The notes beneath the pieces are model-generated. The model saw only the letters and a list, made by a program, of their open reading frames with translations. It made no database searches and had not been told where the DNA came from. The position numbers were made by a program, and so were the translations under genes. DNA of 55,231 nt, filler included, from Syncephalis fuscata S228 (Eukaryota; Fungi; Zoopagomycota), in NCBI GenBank assembly GCA_025786725.1. It is 3 parts of 3 records of this genome, joined end to end, with 100 filler letters (N's around TTAATTAATTAA, not from the genome) between each part and the next. Parts side by side here need not be neighbours in the genome. Positions count along the whole stretch, not along the records: positions 27,896 to 42,914 come from JAHLTZ010000224.1; positions 43,015 to 55,231 come from JAHLTZ010000273.1; 1 more part is not named here. The stretch is one strand, 5' to 3'. Shown here piece after piece: positions 40,065-52,730 of this stretch (positions within the stretch are counted from its first letter, which is position 1; every line of letters starts with the position of its first letter).

Positions 40065-42330
40065 CTATTTAGCATTTTCAACTGTGTTTTTAACTGTAAT
40101 AATTTCAATGGATCCGCCGCTATTAGAATTAATAGCATTTGATATGTCTTCCTCATTGTCCTCGGCTACACCATGAGTGAATGTATGCGTTTCTTCAATA
40201 TAGCTGGTGCCAGATCGCATACTACGCCGTGTCGCTATACTGTGCTGCGATAGATGTGATTGCCGTCGGAGTAGTTCTCTTGAACGTCGGCCAGCTGCAC
40301 CGGCACTCGGATTACTATTGGTTTGTTCGGCCATTTCAGACGTGGCAACGAGTTCTTCATTGAACGATTCTGGTAGGCAGACCGAGTTTGGTCGACTGAT
40401 TGTTATTTCGGTCGTATTATCCGTGCGACGAATAATGATCTCTTGGCCAGGTCGGATAAGTGGTAGACGTTGGACCAAATGAGCAATAGCCGCAGGATTG
40501 GTAAGTGTTCTGGTTAGATTGCTGGTCGATAGCTGGAATACCGGCACAGTAATACCGTGGACCACTACCGATGCTAGCACAATAAATGACACGACCGGGA
40601 AGAGCAGATTGCGCGCATTGCCTTGGTAGTCGTCTTTATCCATCTCTTCTATGGCCAGCATGGCAAAGAAGAGTGCACCGACACCCATAGGACCGAACCA
40701 ACCGGCAAATGCTGCTTCACGCCACGTTCTTAGTGTTGGTATAAACCATTGAAGCATAAGTACGGCCGGTAATCGCCGGAACAATAGAATAAGGATGGAA
40801 ATAACCACTAGACGCCAGATAGATAGCTGGTCATGGGCTGTCTGGAATGACGGCCATGGAATAATGGCTCCAAAGTAAACAAAGAATGACAAGTTGAACA
40901 GCATATCGACTACTTCTTGTAAATGGGCTTCTTGAGTCTCTGATCGGAACCAGTCACTAAAGAGTAACAACATTAATAACATGTTAACAATAATAGAGAT
41001 CAACTTACTCCCATGTGAATGAGTTACTAGCAACAAATACGGCAAATAGATCATCGCTACCAATAATATAAACGCTACCCATAATAAACATCTAAATAAA
41101 TAGTTAAATGGCTGTTTGATATACTAACTAGTGATTACTTACAGTAAGCGCAAACGAAAATGCCAAAAATGACTCTTTATCAATCAACTCGCGGCTCTGA
41201 GCAAAGTACAGTAGCTTTCGAGCAATATAGCCAACAGCTATACCAATAGCCAAGGAAAGTACAATTTGGTAGAGTACAATTTCATAGACCCATTTACCAA
41301 CTGCTTCTCCCGGACTTGCATATCGGATAAGGTAAATAGCAAAGAATAAATAAGGAAAACCGAGGCCTAATTAAAAGTTAATAAACTTAATGGCGCGTAT
41401 CTATTAATCATTACCATCATTGGCACCACTATAATAAAATATGGTTAGAATCAATTAAATCAAATAGTAATTTAAATGTTAATTACCTTTCAGCTGAAAT
41501 GATATTTCGTACATGATCAGGTACATATTGATCAGCAAAACGACCTTTAACAACCGAGTTAGCCAATACCTAATAAACATAATGGTAGACATGGATTGTA
41601 AGCAAGTGAATCAATTAGTAATTAATACCATCAATGTTATATAATATAAACCAACTTACTGGGTCAGTAGGTGTAATACAGGCAGCAATCATTAATGCCT
41701 CCACCTATACATTGTTGAAATAATAATAATAAAAGTTAGCACTATAGTTATTCATAATTGTTATTAAACTTACAAAAGTGAGGGGTAAAAATGCGTAAAT
41801 AAATGCTGCACCGACAAGCCACATGATAAGCATGACGGGAAATAAAAGCGTAAACAGGGAACGCCACTCTTTAACAATATAGGCCCTTAATTACCAAGGT
41901 TAATTAATAGCATGAATGACACTGTATCAATGACTTACTTGGGTAATGAAATACCGGCTGCCGCGACCTAATTACCATTTTCAATTAATTAATTAATTAG
42001 ATTACTTTCTGTAAATCGTTTTACTCACCGACAGTGCTATCACAATACGTGAGTATTCTCGAGTAATAGTGTCTGTATCTCCCCATTGTTCTATGTGAAC
42101 TACTCCGCTTACAGAGGGCCCTATAATGATACCAAAGATGGTAGCCACCACTAGATATACAGTAGATTAGTGCTATGGTTAAAAACATCTATTTCATCTA
42201 TATCACACTTACATGCTTCTGATAAATAGAGCCATTCTTTAATAGGCATAGAAATTAGCCCAAAGATTAGAATAAATAGGCCGAGAACGGCGAATACAAC
42301 CGACACGGTCTCAAGATGAATAGCCACCAT
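40065..42330 (-). CDS. NHA1: CPA1 Na+(K+)/H+ antiporter, Nha1/Sod2-like, many short introns
   Basis: IKEWLYLSEA, GIIIGP, ITPTDPVLANSVVKGRFA, ISAESGANDGLGFPY, LIDKESF, GSDDLFA, FRRLP, GWFGPMGVGA, SVVVHG. Confidence 0.93.
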
Positions 42331-42914
42331 AATGTTAAATTATCAATGAAAATGCACGACAATAACAGTAATTTTGATGAAAAGCCAAACAATGATGGTA
42401 AATGGTAATTTGCTTGACAAATCAATACCAAGATACAAAACAAGTAAATGGTAGATCAAATGATGAGAACAAATAGAGTAGTTGCAGTGAATAGAAATGC
42501 GCAGCCACAGTACCAATCCTATATCTCGGTACCGGATACAATGCAATGGTGAATAGATGGAAAGATGTAGTGCGGTGGTTAGTGAAGCGAGTGAGCAAGC
42601 AAGCAGCTCAACGGAAACCCGGATTGTTGTACACCTTAAGCTTGATAAAGCGACCCCAACCGTTTGACAGAGGTTGATAGTATGTTAACAAACAGACGAG
42701 CATAGACTTGGACCATTCAATGGGAATGCAGCATACGAGTCGATATGGCACGTGAAATACGATACAAGTCTGTAGAATGAAACAGTATCTGGATGCGAGC
42801 CAAAGGAGTACTAGCCAGCTATTTAATAGACGAAACAAATATAAGCACTCTATTTTTAAAACAAAAATAGTTGTAGTAGTGGAATGGATAGTAGTAGAAG
42901 CGATAGAGGCGTTG

Positions 42915-43014
42915 NNNNNNNNNNNNNNNNNNNNNNNNNNNNNNNNNNNNNNNNNNNNTTAATTAATTAANNNNNNNNNNNNNNNNNNNNNNNNNNNNNN
43001 NNNNNNNNNNNNNN
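42915..43014. other. Artificial 100-nt gap spacer (N44-TTAATTAATTAA-N44)
   Basis: Same structure as 27796-27895. Confidence 0.95.
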
Positions 43015-43480
43015 CACCACAGATCGTACTGACAGCAGCTTGTACCGGCTCGACAGTAGTAGATCACACTGCCACTGTTGAAATAGTAAAGCTGTTGCCA
43101 GATGACCTGTAGTGGCAATCTATAGCAAAACATAGCATATGCTTAACACAATATAAAAACAAGCCACAAAGGCACTTATTGTGTCAAAGAAGTTGTCAAT
43201 ACCAATAAGCAGAGTAAATAAAGTGATTTGCATAAATGTCAGATTGCAAAAGAGCAAGGCAAGAATGTAAATAGTATTTGTACTTAATTAGTATTAGACA
43301 ACTACTGATGCTAGCAAGGCAGCATATATAAAAGGTAAAAGTATATGCACTGGATACGTGCCGTCAAGTGTAAAGAAAGAGAAAGGACAGTGATGACGTA
43401 GATTATATGTTGTGTTGTTAATATATGTGAAGTGATATAGTGATGTCATTTGATACCAAACTATCATTTTCATAGAACAT
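43015..43480. repeat. Diverged, truncated copy C of the ~1-kb repeat
   Basis: agatcgtactgacagcag..cagtagtagatc, gtcaataccaat, gtcagattgcaaaagagcaa, gtcaagtgtaaagaaagagaaagg..gtgatgacgtagatt and catagaaca are colinear with 21698-22207. Confidence 0.8.
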
Positions 43481-44086
43481 GTTGTCAGTAAATAGTGAAT
43501 ATATTAAAAATAGATGCTATTTAGTGTTAAATAGCATTTCTAGTCATATTATTTTAAAATTTGATACTATTGAATAATGAATTATCTATTGCTGAATTTC
43601 TGCATACTCAAACTATTAGCTAAAGTAATTGATTTACGCTCTTGTTAATGTTTTTTGTTTACGTATATTATTTTGGGAAAGAACAGTGTGCTAGAAAATA
43701 ATAACTAATAATGCACAGCTTGGTAGAGTAAATACCTATTGCTCTTTACTTATCATAAAATAAAAATAAAGTTTATACTGATTATTAATGATTACATTCC
43801 AGTTTTCAAATTACGAATCTAATGTCAACAGCAATTTATACGTTATGGATGAAAAACGGATGCATTGAGTTACGCGAGTAGAACTGAATATAGTTAATAA
43901 AGTCAGAGTATTTAGTTCATTATTTATAAACACGTTTATAGGCGTATGCTTTAATTTAGTTATGCTTATGTTGACAAAGAACTTAATTAAGCAAATAATG
44001 CTTTAATGCAAATATTAAATGGCCAGCGTTGTTTAAATTGCTATAATTTATTAATCGATGGCATATAAAGTCAAAACTAAAATAAA

Positions 44087-47000
44087 CTATCTGCGACGAT
44101 AGCCACGATGTCTTGAATTTCCATTCACTGGATTGCTAGATCCGTATGAACCACGTTGAGATGTTGGTGGTGGTGAGTATCCACCATATGGATAGGCTGG
44201 ATAGCTAGGCACGTATGGACCAGGTTGAGGTACTGGTGCTTGCGGATATCCGCTAGGTGGGTAGGATGGATAGCTAGGCGTATATGGCGGTACTGGTTTT
44301 TGTGCTGGCTTAGCTGGAACTGGCTTAGGCGGCTCTGGTACTGGTACTGGTGGAGCTGGTACTGGCTTAGGCGGCTCTGGTGCTGGTACTGGTGGAGCTG
44401 GAACTGGCTTAGGCGGCTCTGGTGCTAGTACTGGTGGAGCTGGAACTGGCTTAGGCGGCTCTGGTACTGGAGCTGGTGGGGCTGGTACTGGCTTAGGCGG
44501 CTCTGGTACTGGAACTGGCTTAGGCGGCTCTGGTACTGGAACTGGCTTAGACGGCTCTGGTACTGGAGCTGGTGGAGCTGGTACTGGCTTAGGCGGCTCT
44601 GGTGCTGGTACTGGCTCAGGCGGCTCTGGTACTGGAGCTGGTGGGGCTGGTACTGGCTTAGGCGGCTCTGGTGCTGGTACTGGCTTAGGCGGCTCTGGTG
44701 CTGGTACTGGTGGAGCTGGTGCTGGCTTAGGCGGCTCTGGTGCTGGTACTGGTGGAGCTGGTGCTGGCTTAGACGGCTCTGGTACTGGAGCTGGTGGGGC
44801 TGGTGCTGGCTTAGGCGGCTCTGGTGCTGGTACTGGTGGAGCTGGTGCTGGTACTGGCTTAGACGGCTCTGGTACTGGAGCTGGTGGAGCTGGAACTGGC
44901 TTAGGCGGCTCTGGTACTGGAGCTGGTGGAGCTGGTACTGGCTTAGGCGGCTCTGGTGCTGGTACTGGCTCAGGCGGCTCTGGTACTGGAGCTGGTGGGG
45001 CTGGAGCTGGTACTGGCTTAGGCGGCTCTGGTACTGGAGCTGGTGGAGCTGGAACTGGCTTAGGCGGCTCTGGTACTGGAGCTGGTGGGACTGGTACTGG
45101 CTTAGGCGGCTCTGGTACTGGAACTGGCTTAGACGGCTCTGGTACTGGAGCTGGTGGAGCTGGTACTGGCTTAGGCGGCTCTGGTGCTGGAGCTGGTGGA
45201 GCTGGAACTGGCTTAGGCGGCTCTGGTACTGGAGCTGGTGGGGCTGGTACTGGCTTAGGCGGCTCTGGTGCTGGTACTGGTGGAGCTGGTGCTGGCTTAG
45301 ACGGCTCTGGTACTGGAGCTGGTGGAGCTGGTACTGGCTCAGGCGGCTCTGGTACTGGAGCTGGTGGAGCTGGAGCTGGTACTGGCTTAGGCGGCTCTGG
45401 TGCTGGAGCTGGTGAAGCTGGTGCTGGCTCAGGCGGCTCTGGAGCTGGTACTGGTGAAGCTGGAACTGGCTTAGGCGGCTCTGGTGCTGGTGCTGGTGGA
45501 GCTGGTGCCGGCTTAGACGGCTCTGGTACTGGAGCTGGTGGAGCTGGTGGAGCTGGAGCTGGTACTGGCTTAGGCGGCTCTGGTGCTGGTGCTGGTGGAG
45601 CTGGAACTGGCTTAGGCGGCTCTGGTACTGGAGCTGGTGGGGCTGGTACTGGCTTAGGCGGCTCTGGTACTGGAGCTGGTGGGGCTGGTACTGGCTTAGG
45701 CGGCTCTGGTGCTGGTACTGGTGGAGCTGGTGCTGGCTTAGGCGGCTCTGGTACTGGAGCTGGTGGGGCTGGTACTGGCTTAGGCGGCTCTGGTACTGGT
45801 ACTGGTGGAGCTGGTGCTGGCTTAGGCGGCTCTGGTACTGGAGCTGGTGGGGCTGGTACTGGCTTAGGCGGCTCTGGTGCTGGTACTGGTGGAGCTGGTG
45901 CTGGCTTAGACGGCTCTGGTACTGGAGCTGGTGGAGCTGGTACTGGCTCAGGCGGCTCTGGTACTGGAGCTGGTGGAGCTGGAGCTGGTACTGGCTTAGG
46001 CGGCTCTGGTGCTGGAGCTGGTGGAGCTGGTGCTGGCTCAGGCGGCTCTGGAGCTGGTACTGGTGAAGCTGGAACTGGCTTAGGCGGCTCTGGTGCTGGT
46101 GCTGGTGGAGCTGGTGCCGGCTTAGACGGCTCTGGTACTGGAGCTGGTGGAGCTGGTGGAGCTGGAGCTGGTACTGGCTTAGGCGGCTCTGGTGCTGGTG
46201 CTGGTGGAGCTGGAACTGGCTTAGGCGGCTCTGGTACTGGAGCTGGTGGGGCTGGTACTGGCTTAGGCGGCTCTGGTGCTGGTACTGGTGGAGCTGGTGC
46301 TGGCTTAGACGGCTCTGGTGCTGGTACTGGTGGAGCTGGTGCCGGCTTAGACGGCTCTGGTACTGGAGCTGGTGGAGCTGGTGCTGGTACTGGCTTAGGC
46401 GGCTCTGGTGCTGGAGCTGGTGGAGCTGGAGCTGGCTTAGGCGGCTCTGGTGCTGGTACTGGTGAAGCTGGAACTGGCTTAGGCGGCTCTGGTACTGGAG
46501 CTGGTGGGGCTGGTACTGGCTTAGGCGGCTCTGGTGCTGGTACTGGTGGAGCTGGTGCTGGCTTAGGCGGCTCTGGTACTGGAGCTGGTGGGGCTGGTAC
46601 TGGCTTAGGCGGCTCTGGTGCTGGTACTGGTGGAGCTGGTGCTGGCTTAGGCGGCTCTGGTGCTGGTACTGGTGGAGCTGGTGCTGGCTTAGACGGCTCT
46701 GGTGCTGGTACTGGTGGAGCTGGTGCCGGCTTAGACGGCTCTGGTACTGGAGCTGGTGGAGCTGGTGCTGGTACTGGCTTAGGCGGCTCTGGTGCTGGAG
46801 CTGGTGGAGCTGGTGCTGGCTTAGGCGGCTCTGGTGCTGGTACTGGTGAAGCTGGAACTGGCTTAGGCGGCTCTGGTGCTGGTACTGGTGGGGCTGGTAC
46901 TGGCTTAGGCGGCTCTGGTGCTGGTGCTGGTGGAGCTGGTACTGGCTCAGGCGGCTCTGGTGCTGGTGCTGGCTTAGACGGCTCTGGTACTGGAGCTGGT

Positions 47001-49269
47001 ACTGGTGGAGCTGGTACTGGTTTAGGCGGCTCTGGTGCTGGTACTGGCTTAGACGGCTCTGGTACTGGAGCTGGTGGAGCTGGTGCTGGCTTAGGCGGCT
47101 CTGGTGCTGGAGCTGGTACTGGCTTAGGCGGCTCTGGTGCTGGTACTGGTGGAGCTGGTGCTGGCTTAGGCGGCTCTGGTACTGGAGCTGGTGGGGCTGG
47201 TACTGGCTTAGGCGGCTCTGGTGCTGGTACTGGCTTAGGCGGTACTGGCTTAGGTGGTTCTGGTACTGGTACTGGCTTAGGCGGTACTGGCTTAGGTGGA
47301 GCTGGTATTGGAGCTGGTGGAGCTGGTACTGGCTTAGGTGGAGCTGGTATTGGAGCTGGTGGAGCTGGTACTGGCTTAGGTGGAACTGGTATTGGAGCTG
47401 GTGGAGCTGGAACTGGCTTAGGTGGTTCTGGTACTGGTACTGGCTTAGGCGGTACTGGCTTAGGTGGAGCTGGTACTGGAGCTGGTGGAGCTGGTGCTGG
47501 CTTAGGTGGTATTGGAGCTGGTGGAGCTGGTGCTGGCTTAGGTGGTATTGGAGCTGGTGGAGCTGGTACTGGCTTAGGTGGAGCTGGTATTGGAGCTGGT
47601 GGAGCTGGTACTGGCTTAGGTGGAACTGGTATTGGAGCTGGTGGAGCTGGAACTGGCTTAGGTGGTTCTGGTACTGGTACTGGCTTAGGCGGTACTGGCT
47701 TAGGCGGAGCTGGTACTGGAGCTGGTGGAGCTGGTACTGGCTTAGGTGGAATTGGTATTGGAGCTGGTGGAGCTGGAACTGGCTTAGGTGGTTCTGGTAC
47801 TGGTACTGGCTTAGGCGGTACTGGCTTAGGTGGAGCTGGTACTGGAGCTGGTGGAGCTGGTGCTGGCTTAGGTGGTATTGGAGCTGGTGGAGCTGGTACT
47901 GGCTTAGGTGGAGCTGGTATTGGAGCTGGTGGAGCTGGTACTGGCTTAGGTGGAACTGGTATTGGAGCTGGTGGAGCTGGTACTGGCTTAGGTGGAATTG
48001 GTATTGGAGCTGGTGGAGCTGGAACTGGCTTAGGTGGTTCTGGTACTGGTACTGGCTTAGGCGGTACTGGCTTAGGTGGAGCTGGTACTGGAGCTGGTGG
48101 AGCTGGTGCTGGCTTAGGTGGTGTTGGAGCTGGTGGAGCTGGTACTGGCTTAGGTGGAACTGGTATTGGAGCTGGTGGAGCTGGTACTGGCTTAGGTGGA
48201 GCTGGTATTGGAGCTGGTGGAGCTGGTACTGGCTTAGGTGGAACTCGTATTGGAGCTGGTGGAGCTGGAACTGGCTTAGGTGGTTCTGGTACTGGTACTG
48301 GCTTAGGCGGTACTGGCTTAGGTGGAGCTGGTGCTGGCTTAGGTGGTATTGGAGCTGGTGGAGCTGGTATTGGCTTAGGTGGAGCTGGTGGAACTGGAGC
48401 TGGCTTAGGTGGAGCTGGTACTGGAGCTGGTGGAGCTGGAACTGGCTTAGGTGGAGCTGGTATTGGCTTAGGTGGTGTTGGTGCTGGCTTAGGTGGTACT
48501 GGCACTGGAGCTGGAGCAGGCTTAGGTGGCGCTGGCACTGGTCTAGGTGGCGGCGGTGCTGGCCTTGGTGGGATTGGTTTAGGTGCCGGTGGATGATGTG
48601 GTGGTGGGGCAGGCCTGGATGGGGGAGGACGATGTGGATGTGGCGGTATTGGATTTTTTGAATGAGATGGAACTGGATGATGTGAAGCTGGTTTATGTTT
48701 ATCATGATCAGAAGTCAAGCTAGCAAAATTGACGCTATTTACGGCATCATTAGTTTCGTTAATATTTTCATCAAACTGCGTTTGCATAAAATTAGCATTT
48801 GTTTCGTCGTTTACTTCATCAATTAGTGTATTGACTTCTGACTGATCACCATTATCGTCTGAGGTATCACTTTTTAAATTAACGTGCTTGTTGGTTTGAA
48901 TAGTTTTAGCATTTTCATCTAAATGGCTATGAGTTACACTGTTGTTATTTAGGTATATTCCTTACCAGTAGAACCATCGTTATTATCAAGATCTTTATTA
49001 GATTTCGGCGTATTATGTAATTCTCCGCTGATTTTTTTGCCATTTGGGCCTTCAATGGTCCAGAAAGTAACGTCGTCGTCACTGTTTCCTTGTTGATTGT
49101 CAGGAACGCTATTAGTTTTAAAATGCCATCCTAAAAAGGAAACGTCAATATCTTTGGATTGGTTTGTTGATGTGTCTTGATTAGTAGGCGGTGCGCCTGA
49201 AACAGATAAAACACTGTTTGTTGCCGCTGCAAGTAATGCAGCCGCAAATATTATACGCTTACTAAGCAT
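44087..49269 (-). CDS. Very large secreted proline-rich (extensin-like) repeat protein, ~1,711 aa; intron 48919-48965
   Basis: Exon 1 has a signal peptide (MLSKRIIFAAALLAAA..). A 47-nt GT-AG intron joins it in frame (G|AT GAA AAT) to the 1566-aa ORF of PAPP/PKP/PEPPKP repeats with a Tyr-Pro tail. Confidence 0.9.
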
Positions 49270-52264
49270 AGCAAGCAGTAATTAAAATGTGACAGCTAAG
49301 TGATAAATAGAATAAAGAATAATATATAGTTTCCAATATGGATAAAGATGTTTGGCCGTAAAATATTAGGTTGGAAGATTGTACGTATAGCTACACTCTT
49401 TAGACACCTGGACTAAATTGGCATATCTATTTATTGTTGCAAGCTTTGGCATCAGCAAATCAATAGCTTTCATTGGCAATCCAAATACACTTGGCGATAA
49501 AACAACACAGGCCTATCTATTGGTTGTACACGTCGTAACTTCATAGAAAAAATTTGTCAACTAATAATTTCGTGTTGATAGATTGAATCTATTATTGTCG
49601 AATATAGTAATACAAATCAATCGACTTTTTACGTTTTATACCTATAATAAATTTGTTTTATTTATATCCTAACGCTATTTATTATGTAAATGGAAAATAG
49701 CAATATATTTAATTGTTTTTTAATAAAATACTTGGATTTCTGCTCATTTATTTGTTTTATTGATACTATGATAATTAAACATGTATTTCTTTATAACGCT
49801 ATGAATTATTAAAAATCATTGCCGAGATATTAAAGCTTGATTGTGCCGTAGCTTAGATTTTCCTTTCTAGAACGAAGAATGTTACAAAGACTACAGGCTT
49901 ACACAAACAAATCACCAGACGATAAAGGCCAATTTTTAAGGAGCCTTTTTGCTAAAGGCAATACCGGTATTGTTCAAGTTGTTGAAACAATAAATCAATT
50001 TTTCCTTTTTAAGACACTAATTAATGCCATACTAGTTGAAAAATAAGCCAATCGTCGGCTTGTTCTGTCTTACAGATGCTAACAACACTTTGAATTCTTC
50101 AAACTAGCTATTTAATAAATACGTTACATTACGATAATATGATATTAAATATAAATCTAATCTAATCAGCTAGACACAGGTGCGTGTTTTTTATAATGAC
50201 TAAGCTTTGCTAATTAATATTTTGTGTATGTCAGCTTGGTCAATAGCCAAGTTCATGTGTGTTCTACGAACTTTCATTCCAACTATTTTTGCAACCAAAT
50301 AAGTCTGCTTGTTCAAAAACCTGTTTTTCGGTCACTGATCTGAACAAATATCTTGATTCGATGTATTTGTTGTCTATGAGTCAATTTAGTGAATACTTGG
50401 CAGAGGCATTAACAGCATAGTGGTAATATGGTTGGCCTAAATGATTGACATAGTCTATTATACTATCACATCTACTCAGGCGTTTCTATATACTGTTACC
50501 GTTTGGAAACTTATACAATACTGCTTTACAGCATAAGCAATGTTTGTGCTAATGGATGTTTACAAGTAGTGCTTTGCAATTGATACGCTCTAGCGTATGG
50601 ACCATGGCTTGCATTTTTATTTTGTCTTGTATATTCAATTAGGCTGTTTATCCTAGCAGTCTAGCTACTGTAAAGTTAAAAGTCATAAAATATTGTGTTT
50701 ATTTAATTGTAGCAAATGCTGGAATGCAACTTTAGCATATCTGAGCCACAGCCATGCTATTGTGAAGCACATAATATTGAACGACTCATGTGACATATTT
50801 TCTACTGAAATGTATGTTTGTAGCTGAGCCTTGAATAAATTAGATGATGTATCCAGACAGTTAAGCAATCAAGTTGGTAATATTGTGACGTGGCACCGTG
50901 TGTCCATCATGGCACGGATAAACAGTGCTGTAATAAAGCATTAGCACACTATTATTTAATAAACAATAATAATGCAATATATAAATGGGATTAACATTAG
51001 ATTTAATTGCACCTGTTATATACAATAGTATGAACTGATATATAATAGACTAGATGGCGTGGCATAAAACTGTACAAGGCATTAACAAATGGTAATTATT
51101 TTGATGGAGCTGCTTCACTTTGACTTTCACATTTTTATTCATCCATTTCACCCCTCAACACTTTTAAATACAATTAAACATACACTCATCACTATAACAT
51201 GTATAATATTGCATCCAACATTAATCAATTCATGTGTAATTATCAATACAATAATGTAATTAAATATGCACATTACGGTATTAGTTGAAGTTAAGATAAC
51301 ATTTAATAAAATAAAAGGCTTTTTACACTGAATTGTTAAATATCTTTGTTGAAATGGTCTAAAAGTATAAAAAGAATAAAATAATTGCGATTATTAAATA
51401 TAATCGTTATAATATGCAAGTGTGGTTCAAGTAAACAGAAACAAGATAGAAAAGAAATAGATCACATAACAGTTTGATGTACAGTATGACAAACAGGCAG
51501 CAGAAGTAATGAGTAACGACATGAAATCGCGGTTATATGGCTTCTATTAATATTCGATCAATCTTTCTACACATGGCCAACAACAATAATAATCGGGCTC
51601 AAATGTTTCAAAAATCAAATAGTATGTTACATTGTTTGTTCAAATCAATTTATTAATATTTTAATAAAAAGTAGTATAACTATGTTGTGTATAACAATGA
51701 CATGACCTCAATTGAAACAAACTATGCTTTAGGACAGATGTGGGAGTCAAAGTACAATAAAATTAAAACATCGAAGTAGTAGTCGCTACGACTGTTACTA
51801 TGATGCTATAAACATTTGCAACATTTTCACATGTTGTGCTATTATTAATATTGTAGTTTTTACTATTCGCTATTTCTGCCGTGTTTAAAGAACAACACAA
51901 AGCACCAATTTGACACAAAGAATACAGATTACTATCAAATTTAAAAATTACAAGATGCATATTATTTTGTATTATAGTGTTATTGAGTAAATGTAGTAAC
52001 ACTAATAAACATCTAATTATACGAAAAACACGAAAGAAAGGCTTGTTATTTTTTATTTTAGCAATAAAGATAATTAATTATATAGAAGCTTTCTGTATTT
52101 AAAACAATGCACCAGGAATAGCTTAGTATTTATTTTTTATATTGAAAGGTGAAAATAATTAAACAATGAGTATTACCAAATATTCTGATAATATCAGCAT
52201 AATTTATACTATAATTATGATATTATACAGACATGCCCTACATGTTTATAATGCCTACTTAATA

Positions 52265-52375
52265 ATCTAAGTAACATCCAATCTATTGAACATGATGGTG
52301 GGTGGTGAATAACATCAGTTATCAAATACTCATCACCATAGATTCATTATTCAGTATGCATATATACTCATTTGC
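52265..52375. repeat. Dispersed copy of the arm motif of the 16-17 kb inverted repeat
   Basis: catgatggtgggtggtgaataacatcag..ttattcagtatgcatata matches 16227-16300 and the reverse complement of 16883-16959. Confidence 0.7.
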
Positions 52376-52730
52376 CTATATCATGTTCATGGCATATTCG
52401 TGTTACTATATATCATTTTAAAATGTAGTAACTACGCTCTACTCAAAACTACTGTCCTTTTGTCGCTAGCTTTAGTTGTTATAAACTTTGCTTATTTCAG
52501 TTAGCTATCACCACTATAACCTCAATATTTCTATTTATAGATTTTTATTGTCTATCCATTCTACTGACACCATTATGATATATAATGCCCATAAGCTATT
52601 AATAAAAACTGTTTGTTTATTGTTAACTCTATTTTATAGAAAGTGCTACAATCTACACTTATAACAGCACAAGTACAACATACTTGTCTCCTTTAATTGC
52701 ATTTTATCTTTATTATTATTATTATACGTC

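Noticed and set aside
44425-48705. 1426-aa Gln/His/Leu-rich overlapping ORF, and a long Gly-rich open frame on the plus strand
   Set aside because: Both are by-products of CCA-dominated tandem repeats lacking stops. Only the Pro frame links to a signal-peptide exon and a unique tail.
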